A DNA stretch of 63,622 bases, filler included, from Choristocarpus tenellus KU-1152 (taxonomy: Eukaryota > Protista > Phaeophyceae), in assembly GCA_964200185.2 (NCBI GenBank). It is 12 parts of 12 records of this genome, joined end to end, with 100 filler letters (N's around TTAATTAATTAA, not from the genome) between each part and the next. Parts side by side here need not be neighbours in the genome. Positions count along the whole stretch, not along the records: positions 52,577 to 57,378 come from CAXNAD020013008.1; positions 57,479 to 63,622 come from CAXNAD020008839.1; 10 more parts are not named here. One strand, written 5' to 3'. The notes beneath the pieces are model-generated. The model was not told the DNA's origin. It saw only the letters and a list, made by a program, of their open reading frames with translations, and did no database searches. A program made the translations under genes and the position numbers. Below are positions 53,642 to 63,622 of this stretch, one piece after another; position 1 is the stretch's first letter; each line of letters opens with the position of its first letter.

Positions 53642-54155
53642 GACCGGGTTGTGTAAATATTTCACTTACTGCACTTAACTAAGCACAACTCCATACTAGT
53701 GTCAAACACAGTGACTATAACTGTGCTCTCCCCACGCTTCCCTGCTGAGCCACTGAACTGCTCTTCATGTGGAACATTGACACACACAAATCTAAGCGTG
53801 ACTATTTTGAACAGCTATATTCACAGGAATATTGCTCTCTTGCCTTGCTAGCAGTCACTTGTTTTCCGAGGGTTAGGTTTAGTAATGATGCCTCATACTA
53901 TCTTAAAACCAGGATGTTCAGCAACACAAAAGCAATGTACTTTGAAGTACGAACTTTGGATAGGAAGGCACTTGCTTTTTTCCAACTCATGTTGTTGGAT
54001 CAGGACCCTTGCCAAGGGTTTGATGGGGAAAGACAATCAGTTTTGTGAACGGTATTAATGTTCCAGAATTCTTGCTGATGCACATGAATGCGTGGTGAGA
54101 CTTATTCATCTCATTCAACACATGTTACCTCTCAGCAAGGGGGGTTCTCCCTTAC

Positions 54156-57100
54156 CAAGACAGTATGGAGCATTACTATAATATTGCATAGTATGGCCGC
54201 AAATGGTCGAGGAACTCACAAGAGGAGTGAAAGTATCTTAGAGGGTACGAGTTTTTCCCTGTTTGTCCATTTGGGGCTTGGCTTCCCACGGGTTTCTAAG
54301 GATATTTTACCTACTCCAAAATGTTTCGGAGTAGGTAAAATGCATAAGTTATGAAAAGATGTGTCCAGAACAAGGATATTGGCATCTCCAAGGATATTGA
54401 CATCTCCTAACAAATATGATAGCCAAAATTACATCAAAATTCCAACATTGGATTTTGGTCCCCAAATGGACGCGGCTCTACCCTCTAAGATACTTTGACT
54501 CAGAGGTAAGCACTCCCCACACACCAATGATTATGTAAGATCCACTTGTACATTGGGCTGTCGTCTTGCCATACCCAAGCAGGTCTCTCCGCCGATATGG
54601 ACCTGATAGTTGATGTACAAGAAGAATTGTTGTGAGGTGTGAGATAGGAAAGAGGGTGGAGAAGGGAAACGATCTCAGTGAGGTAGTTGTAGAGTGTAAA
54701 CATATACTATTTCCTTTAAGTCCCATTGTATCTGTGATTTTGTTTTGAGCTTTTTGGAACATGACTATGGTATGATAGAGGTAAGCAGTTATCACATTGT
54801 TTTTGGAGGCATTTCGGAATGGATGAATGTGGAACATGTGAGGAAAACTATGTTCTTCTTGGCAATATGTGGAGGAGTTCTCCTTCAATTGCGCATTGGA
54901 ATTTGGAACTGAATAGAGGTTGGTGTGACAGGTTTATCAATGTGTTGTTGGTTGTACTGTTAGGGGTAATGCACTTGAAATGCATATTGTCCTGCTAGAA
55001 ACAAGTGTTTGGGATGGCTTGAGGACAGTAATACTGTGACATATGTAGAGGATGTGATAGGTGATAGATTGTACCTTTTGTGTATGTACTACTATACATG
55101 TACTACCCCCGTGCCATATGTCTGTGCCGCGTTGTCCATAACTTTTGGAAATGGTGAAATTCATTTCTGAAAGAAGATTTGGAATCCTTGACGAATTTCT
55201 GATTAGAGTCAGCTCTTTGTATTATTATTTCTCCCCATCCATCACAATTTTATCTGTCACAGAAAAAACCTCCGTCTACCTTTGACATGTTTTCAAACTC
55301 ACCCTGTGTAATCCACACTGAAGTCATTCCGCCCTTTGTATCTAAGTACTTGATTGTACACCACAAAAAAGAGCTACCAATCCCTCTCAAGTGTGGGGTT
55401 TCATCATACTCGTCATAGTGTTTCTTATTGACCTTCACCATCTCCTCAATGGACCCAAACCGCTCCCCCATCACCCGGCATTTGAAAGACCTGAAGAAGA
55501 AGTACAGGTTCATGATATTGAGGTTGGGGGAGTTAGATGGCTGCGACACAAGCCTAATCGACCACCCCTCAGTCTTCCCTGCCCCTGACAAGATTTCTGA
55601 GTTGCCCTTGCCCATGTGGGGGCTGGCACCATCTTGCTGAACGACAATGTGCTCCGCCTGCAACCAAGGCATCTTGGTCTTGATTGTAGGCAGTAACTCC
55701 TTCGTGTATCACTTCCTGTGCCACAAATGGTCTAAAGTACAGTCCTGCTCATACACGTCTCGCTTTTTATGGTTCTTGCTTGCCCTGTCTGCCGTTTTTG
55801 GCGCACACAGGCCAAACACCAAGCTTTCCGTCAAAGCTGTGAGCCAAATTTGGGCGGGCGTTGGCTGCAATGATCATGTTTTTGGGGATATAACTCTTGT
55901 GCTGCATAGTAGAGGACTCTGGAAGGTCGCTACCATCATCATGCAGAAACGCCCTAACCCTTTCCCCATCAGCCATCACATAAAATCGGGTTTCAGCCAC
56001 ATGAATCGTGTTCACCATGGAGGCATACGCACCACGTTTCCAGCCCACTTAATCGTAAACAAAGTCCATTTTTTGTACCTTTTGCCACGATTTAAGCTTG
56101 GGTTTGATCCAGCGGCGATTCGGCATGGCTCCCTTATCATTCTTCCGCCTGTTTGTGGTGCTCATGCTATAATTCAGTCCCTTGGTGACCATCTTCATTG
56201 TCACCTGACGCACTGTGGATGACCGATTATTGGAGTTGATACGATGTATTGCGGGCATTTTGGTCGGTGTGTGATCTGAAGGCCGCCTACCTCCTGCCAC
56301 CACCCCTAGGTCAAGCATGTGGCCACGGGCAAGCTGATGAGCGACATCCTCCCAGATCATTCGCATGTGGTGCTCGCACCCTCCAAACTCCGCTGTGAGG
56401 GCCGACCCATTGTGTCGTGGCAGTTTATGCTCACCAGGGACTATCGCGAGGGTGTGCTGCACTGCAAGCGCATCCCTGGTATTCAGGGATACTTGGGCAC
56501 CCTTCCTACGCGGGGGGATTGCCATGCCAACGTTCTGACCCTCGACGTGCCCAGTTCTGACCTTAAAATCACCCCAAACGACCCCTACTTTGACGGCGTC
56601 AAGCACCTCGAGTTTGTAACTGATGATCCTCGACCCCCACCTTTTCTGAAAACTGATATTGTCAACCCGATTTCATTCTGTGGGATTATCGTCCGATTCG
56701 GTGCCGTTCTCGCTCGGCGAGCCCAGATGTTTCACAGCACAAACTTATGACACAGAGGTAATATAATATTAACAAGTACATAATATTAGGGTTAGGGTTA
56801 GAGTCAAGGATACAAGTATAGTATAAGTGGTATAATATAAACTTTAGGGCATGGGATACGTAAGGTTAAGGTTAGGTTGGAGGACATACGGTACTTGGAA
56901 GTATCAAGTATAGCAATGGTCTTGCACCTATATGTGTGTATCTGATAAGTAGGAATCACACCTAGGTACTTACGGTATGTTGTATTGGATTTGTTCTTCT
57001 GAGCATTGTACCATATCGTGGTTGATATATCGTTCTCTTAAGGATTGACCATCAAGTGTAATACAATTTTGCACTCACTGACTCCTGAAAGAGCCATACC

Positions 57101-57329
57101 TGGGTGAGGCATTGTGTACTTTGCAGTAAGTGTTCTGCATAGATCAGAGAGATTAGACCACATATATATTAGAACGCCAAATTGAAGCATAGCCCAATCC
57201 TCTCCTTCCCTCCACCTCCCAATAAATCCATGGGCATAATCCTTCCAACTTATCCAACTAACTGTACAGGGAGTTCTCAGGGTATTTACGTAGGTGGGAA
57301 TATACTACTGGCCTTGTACCAATAACACC
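54156..57329 (-). CDS. Candidate exons of an unknown protein (57290-57329, 54525-54602, 54156-54175)
   Basis: Three AG/GT-bounded segments join in phase: CYWYKASSIFPPT-SISAERPAWVWQDDSPMYKWILHNH-CNAPYCL. No family recognised. Confidence 0.3.
54225..54501 (+). mobile_element. MITE family A copy with AGAG flanking duplication and an internal 18-bp tandem duplication
   Basis: agag|GAGTGAAAGTATCTTAGAGGGTA...TACCCTCTAAGATACTTTGACTC|agag. CAAGGATATTG(G/A)CATCTC occurs twice. Confidence 0.9.
55231..56757 (-). mobile_element. Plant/oomycete-type mariner (DD39D-like) transposon, inactivated
   Basis: TIHVAETRFYV (IHIDEKWFY-like), QHKSYIPK, FDGKLGVWP, VVQQDGASPH and QPSNSPNLNIMNL. Frameshifts, mutated catalytic Asp positions and degenerate CTCCCTCC-like ends. 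Confidence 0.85.
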
Positions 57330-57599
57330 CTCTCAGCAAAATTGAGGATGGAGCATACCATGGAGGATGGGTTTGACCNNNNNNNNNNNNNNNNNNNNNN
57401 NNNNNNNNNNNNNNNNNNNNNNTTAATTAATTAANNNNNNNNNNNNNNNNNNNNNNNNNNNNNNNNNNNNNNNNNNNNCCCTTCCCTTTTTTTTTTTTTT
57501 TTTCCCGGGTTCTTTCCCCCCCCCTCTCTTTCCCCCCCCCCCCCCCCCCAACTGTACTCTTGCATTGTCGTGTCCTGAACATTGGATTCTGTTTTGAAG

Positions 57600-59943
57600 A
57601 TCTGTGAGGACAACATTGAGAGGACACTTGCTGCAGCCCGGACATTCAAAAGGCGGGTGGAAGCACAGGTGATACGTACACACACGAATCAAAATGGTGA
57701 CCAGTGTTTTTGTGATGAGGAACCTGTGTTGTGTCATCAGTATTAAGAGTAGTTCTTACTTGCTCGCCGGCGCCCCTCCCCCCTCCTTGGTTCACGTTTA
57801 TCCTTGACTTTTTTTTATGTCTTATTCTCAAATCTCTTGTGTCGACTATCGGGGTACGTGTCTGCTTTGATACGACATTGCTGTTTTGGTAGAACTACTA
57901 CAGTGGTAGTAGTGCTTCAAAACAGATCACATCTCCGGTTGATGATAAAGTGCTTGCAGAGAGTTTGTGGTTGTATCGAGTGAGTTGGTGCGTGCGTGCT
58001 TTGCCGAGTTTGTAGTTTGGTTGTGTCGATTATGTTGTGCTATCCACTCGTTTGATTGATTATGAGGACTGGATTTGTTTTATCTGTAATAAGCTACTTC
58101 TAGAATGTGTAGTGTATTTTTAATATATATTTATCTGTAATAAGTTACTTTTAGAATGTGTAGTGGATTTTTAATATATATCGACATGGGGAAAAAGTAC
58201 CAAAATCTAAAGAGATTGATGATGAGGATAGAAGGCAATCGTTCTTTGTATTTCAACTTTGATACTGGGATGAGATAGGGATGAAAACGTCGAGGGGCTT
58301 TGTTGAGTTAGGGTTAGTCTAGAAATGTTAGGTGTTGTTGATGGTGTTAATTTTCTTTGTACAAGAGTGTGTGGTGTTTTATAGTAGTCTCATGTGCATC
58401 TGCAATGTTCTTCTAGCACTATTCCCTCTGTCCCATAATTCTTGTCCTGTTGAGCTACAGCTCTTCCAGATGCCCTCTGGTCACTAGAGTGTTTTTGTGT
58501 TGGATTCCTTGGAATATTCTACTTTAGCTTTAAAAAAGAATTGAAGAATTCTGTTCTGAAAAAAAATTAAAAGATCGGAATACAGATTGGGGAATATTCA
58601 GCTCATTTTTTAATGGTCCTGGTGCAGTGCGAGGTTGCAACCACTCTCACAACCCTCACAACCCCACCAGTACACACTCTATCGCATACCTCTTCAACAA
58701 CACTCTGCATCAATAGAATGGGAACAGAATCTCAACATCAACGATTTGGGGGGGGGTTGCATCCCTGAAGAACAAGGTTTGGGCAGAGCATTGTGGCACC
58801 ATTGATGCCTTTGTAGAGGAGGTTGAGAGCGTAATCCGCGTAAACAATGCAGTTACGCTTGAGGGTGTGTAGCAGAGTGTGTTGAAGAGGTAGAGCATAC
58901 AGAGACCAAAAAAAAGACTTTGGGAGGGTGGTTTAGCTAGAACAGTCAAAGTAGTCTCAGTCGCCTACAACAAGGCGCTGGATTTGATGGATGATGGATG
59001 ATGATGATGGTGTCAAGTAAAGGCAAGACGTACTTACATAATGTGGAATATTCCAAGGAATCCAATGCAAAATCCGTTTTTGTAATTTAAGGTTATCCCA
59101 AAGAGCTACAACTTGGCGGCACAGGCTTCAGGGGCAGGGGGAGTGTACAGAACTCATCCAAATGTGTGATGCAAATATCCCTGATATATTCTTTTTTTGT
59201 CCTTCAGTTGAATTTAAATGCTTCTTTTTCCTCCCCCTTCCTCTCCCCTCTGTAGATATCGATTGTTACATTATCATCGTAGGCCATCTGTATATACAAA
59301 CTTCACTGTACTTACCTTACCAGCCCCCACACCCTGTACTCTCTCTCTCCCCTCCCTTCAGTTGGTTGGGTTTGGTGAGGTTGCTGATGAGTATAACTTC
59401 AGCACAGAGCGGAAGCGAATCCTTAACCACAAGTACGAGCCAAGCTTTGATGACAATGTCAAGCAGGTGTGTCAGGGTGAAGTCTTGAAGTATGTTGTTG
59501 CTCTGAAGAAGCTGGGTCGGGAGGGGGAAAAGAAGGGTACCCAGAATAGTGAGTGTAAAAGGTGTACACCATTGATAGTGCATTGCTCTCCTACTCAGCA
59601 TGGCAGGATTTGGGTTGGATCTGATCCTGATTGTATGTTGCGATATTGTAGGGTGTGGGAACAAAAACTGTTCTTATTTTTCTCAGTTTGTATATTCTTG
59701 TTGTATGTATAATGCAGAAAACCATGCTATGCACCTTGAACGGCATTGTGTTGTTTGTTGGATGACTGTGTTTGCTCACAATGACATGCATGTTCCGCAT
59801 TCTACTGTTTTTTGTCTGTGCTTTATTTTTTGTGTTTGTGTTCCATGTATGCTATTCTTCAGGACAAGAGCATCGACGTCTATGGAAGAGAGGATGATGA
59901 GGTAGCGACAGCAAAGCAGATCGATGACCTAGCAAACATGTAG
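57600..59943 (+). CDS. 3' exons of an unknown protein (57600-57668, 59362-59466, 59863-59943)
   Basis: Phase-0 GT-AG joins give ICEDNIERTLAAARTFKRRVEAQ | LVGFGEVADEYNFSTERKRILNHKYEPSFDDNVKQ | DKSIDVYGREDDEVATAKQIDDLANM-stop. Confidence 0.65.
58078..58181. repeat. Two tandem copies of a ~52-bp unit
   Basis: TTTATCTGTAATAAG(C/T)TACTT(C/T)TAGAATGTGTAGTG..TTTTTAATATATAT occurs twice. Confidence 0.85.
58422..59143. mobile_element. Stowaway/mariner-type non-autonomous element (degenerate)
   Basis: The left end ta|TTCCCTCTGTCCCATAA...AGCTACAGCTCTT and the right end ...AAGAGCTACAACTT...GGGGCAGGGGGAG|tg form imperfect ~55-bp inverted repeats. Confidence 0.5.
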
Positions 59944-62738
59944 CTCCCTAGTAGTCAGTTGATTTGCACATGAGTGAGGATATAGAATCAAGTAGCCTGA
60001 ATGCTAGTTTTTGAAGGAATGCTCATGTCTTGTATCTTGTATCCTGAGGGATACCGAAACCTGAAAGACAATTGGATTGCAGAGGCCTACCTGCTGCTGG
60101 GTAGGCGTCTGCAGTCGTACCGTAGAACCTCGTTTCTTTTTTTTATCAGTAGTGTCTGCCTATCATAACGTCTCATTTTCAAGGATTCCTCTTGTGGTTT
60201 TGACTGTGTTGGGTGTTGCTTTGGCTTATAACAGTTTTGTTCCGGTGGATACACACATCGGTTGACTGTAGCTCTGGTGTATAGATACAATCCAAGATAT
60301 AATTTGAAAGAACATTAAAAAAGTGAATTCATCTCTGGGAGTCCAGACTTGTCTACCCATGTGTTCATCATTAAGAGAGACGGTATGAAGGCTGGTCGTG
60401 CGGTAGAGGGTAGGTGGAATTGATTTTATTTCATTTTGGGGGGAGGTGGAAGGTGGCGGTACGATGCATATAGTCTGGTGCAAAGGTCAAGTGTTTGATA
60501 TGCTTTGGGCATGGGAATGGGAATGGGAGGAAGAGAGGTGTGACCCTGTGTGTGTGGTGTGTTTTGTGATTGTCATTGATTACAAATCAGTACTGTACCA
60601 ACTGTCTTACAAGTTGCCAACAAATATATGCAAGGGATTAAAGGCAATACTACTTGTTCATGTATAGATAGCTGCTGTTGCCAACTCCCTGGTAATGCCA
60701 CATCATAGCAGTATTGATGGTCTCCTCAATGATTGGATTGCCATGGTGAAAGATCCAGTCCAGTCCAGAATAACTACTCTTTCTACAGTCTAGCTTGGAT
60801 CAGACCACATCCTCGAACAAACAGTACCCCAATCCAGTTGACTGTCCAGCCTGGTTTGGTTCACTCTAGGTCCGTGTAAATATTGAAGGTCTTTCATATT
60901 GCTCCTCCCAAGATATTGAGTAGAACTTGAATATTAGTGATAATGCAAGAGCAGGAAGCAGCCGTGAACTGATGAGCGCAGTGGGATCCTTTTTGTTCTT
61001 AGGAAAGCAGAGTGTGCCAGAGCTGAGGATGAGCTGGATCTATTGAGGACAAAGGTGATTTGTGTTTCTACAACCGCTTGATGATCTTTTCATATGGACT
61101 TCTCTGGGACAACTATTGCGATTTTCTAATCTGTAATTTTTTCATTCTTCTCCTTGCATCCCCTTCTTATTCATTCGAGTGAAATGTTGATGATCAGTCT
61201 ATATTTAACAATATCTTCATTTTTGACGACTATATTCTCATCTCTTGGTATGTACACCACCTCACCGAATCAGACTGGAATCAACGTAACAAGAATACCC
61301 AGTTCCTCCTATAGTCAACTTCAACACCAACAAGTCGAGGTGTCACGAACAATTTAGTCGATTATTTTTTTCATCCTTCTGACCTGGTCTTAGTGTGGTA
61401 TGGCTTGTCGTGCCCCTACTTGTGCAATTGAACTGGGACTGAGAAACGAGAGCGTTTCTTGTTTTGCGTGGTGCACAATTCTTAGCATTGTGTTCTCCGT
61501 TCCTTCCCCAAACAGTATCACGATGCAAGACTGTCAAAACCTTGTTATTATTCTATATGACTGTAACTATTGGAGTGTGCAAATTGCAATTGTCCTTGGT
61601 GCTCATTAATATATTTTACGGTATTTGCAAGACATGGAGGTTAAGTTACTCCTATACCTTGTCTGTTCGAAATTAAATGTAACACACCTTTTGTGGCCTC
61701 ATTGAAGAAGCAAAGATTATTTATTACAAGTTAATATTTATGGTGTTTTGTGCAAGCACTAATACGTTTCCCAACACCAAAATCTCAAGCAAAATGGGGT
61801 AGCCTAGACCAATCTATGATTCCGTCCCCAAAGCTCTCCAAAACTTCATTCCAACATCTTGATTACTTTGACTCTGAACCGGCCTTTGGCATAACTGGTG
61901 ATTGTGACCATCCCCCGGAATTGATTGAACATCGTCATACAACAGTGGTACTTGCGCCAACAGTCTAAGGGGAAACAACCAGTAGGGAAGAGATCCTTAT
62001 CATGGATAACTTAGTCGAAGTAGGCAAAACAAGAATTAAAAGGTTTAAGGCAGGACCACTGGTCCAGGGCAAACAGCAAACACCCTAATCCGGACACCGA
62101 CAGGAAACACTGATATCCCGTGAACTGTTTTGGTTGATGGCGCCGTAGGTAGCTGACTTGCTTGAGCGAGGTGGGACAGTGGGGTTCAACCCAGGGACAG
62201 GTCCCTCCGCTGTACAATACCTCAGTCTAGCAAGCAGTTTTGCCTGAGCTATCGTTTGTTGCGATCTGCCCCCCCCCACCACCCTGTCAGATACGCCGAT
62301 CTGCATTTATCTATTTTCTCGGGGAAGTTGTTGGACTTGTAACACATCGCAAGAGAACAACAGGGAGAAGGAGAATAAGGCCACTGTATCTAGAGCTGAA
62401 ATATAGTAAAAATAAATCTTCCAGCACATAAAAAAAAGAAAACATCAGCTTTTTCAATTTGCTGCTCATTCGTTGTACCCCTCCTCCCCCCGACACCGCG
62501 AGAAACTGTGCATGTCACCTGAAGCAAGAATGGGCGCCAACGCTGGTAAGCATGTTACCGGGAATTCAACAGACAGACGAACAACCTGCTTGAACTAACT
62601 GCTGGACGAACGAGGCATCATCAACAACAACACTCCCGTATCCTCTGTTTGTCGTTGGTCAATCATTAATTTGCCAACGTGTGCGCCCGCCCACCTTTCC
62701 CCCCCCCCTCCTTCCCGCCCCCCGTCCCGATCCTCTTC

Positions 62739-63460
62739 TTACTCCTCTTCACCATCCCCTTCATCCTCCTCTCCATCCTCCTCTTCATCCTCCTCTTCTT
62801 CCTCCTCGTCCTCCTCCGCGTCGCTGACATACTCCGACTCGTCTTCCGTGGCAGAATCACTGGCACCCCTCCACACCTTGCAACCTTTCCCCTTTCCACC
62901 TGTGCCGGAAGAGAGACACTTGCGCTTTCTAGTGGTCATTGGCATCAGGTCCAAGTCTGAATCCAGCACTTGGAACCCACGAGAACGCACTACTGTAAGA
63001 CCCGGGAGCACGTTGAATGGTGATCTCGTGTCATTCTTTGTCCGGGGTTTGCACTCCCTCCCAACTACAGGCATGACGAACATCTGCCCGGGGCCAACCT
63101 GAGAGAAGGGGAGGAGGACCTGGTGACGGCTTCCGCTCTGCGGAACTTTTGACGTGAATTTAATGTTGGCATCATCTGCCTTCTCAGTCTAACGCATGTA
63201 GTACAGAGGGCAAGTGGCTGCCACGCGCAAGTAGAGCTCTGCGCGCGGCCCACACACCTCTGTTCCAGGCGAAAACATGCGCTTGAGCTGTTTGTTGTTG
63301 ACCACATGAAGCAGCCGAATGCACTGTTCTTCTTGGTCGTCAAGAGAGATCGAACGGAAGCCCTCTGATCGAGAGTTGCACACTTCGAGATCATCCCACG
63401 CAGGGAGTTCATTTCCGCCGACTTTGTAGTCTTTCCCGTCAAGCGGGAATGAGGCCATTA
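62739..63460 (-). pseudogene. Intronless ORF with in-frame stops and an acidic D/E tract, probably part of a large decayed mobile element extending to ~60600
   Basis: MASFPLDGKDYKVGG...LYYMR* continues in the same frame to ...EDEEEEEEDEEEDGEEDE. Downstream frames hold Cys-rich fragments (SCRCPD; RGCG..VILD). Confidence 0.35.
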
Positions 63461-63622
63461 CGGCGGGATTCGAGGACGAGCTTGCACGCGGCTGAGCATT
63501 GCGGAAGACAAAGACGACGGTGGGGTTGGGAGGGGTGGAGGGGTGTTGGGGGGGGGGGCAGAGTTCGGTCATTCATGAATGGACGTGATTTAGAGGTAAT
63601 CTCGTCCGAAGGTGGGGCAAGA

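Noticed and set aside
54500-56757. Mariner-associated Fanzor/TnpB nuclease
   Set aside because: No RuvC or zinc-finger ORF is visible beside the transposase within the element's ends.

Overview
This is eukaryotic, intron-rich nuclear DNA, most likely from a brown alga or close ochrophyte relative. Evidence: bipartite 'ADAFV' plastid targeting, a GDPH-GQRFD-type secreted protein family familiar from Ectocarpus, and an axonemal dynein. The window is not contiguous. It is 12 contigs joined by an artificial 100-nt linker (44 N + TTAATTAATTAA + 44 N), so adjacency across linkers means nothing. Splicing by hand gave phase-consistent pieces of a plastid CtpA/S41 protease, a CBS-domain protein, an RNase T2-like gene, a DUF924 protein, a secreted VWD/root-cap-like protein, a dynein heavy chain, RME-8/DNAJC13, an AFG3-type FtsH protease and several unknown genes. 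Introns and intergenic DNA hold decayed transposons (Copia, Gypsy, plant-type mariner, RLE non-LTR ends, possible KDZ-like transposases) and 9 copies of a ~257-bp MITE. The most unusual signals are: (i) the MITE's bipartite terminal repeats, with a fixed 17-bp versus 7-bp spacer (one helical turn apart, RSS-like) plus an internal hairpin; (ii) a clean 430-bp inversion inside a Gypsy pol bounded by 4-bp inverted microhomology; (iii) CpG-decay signatures suggesting cytosine methylation. I found no CRISPR, rRNA or intact tRNA and no clearly intact novel multi-gene system. All family calls come from remembered motifs, not database searches.
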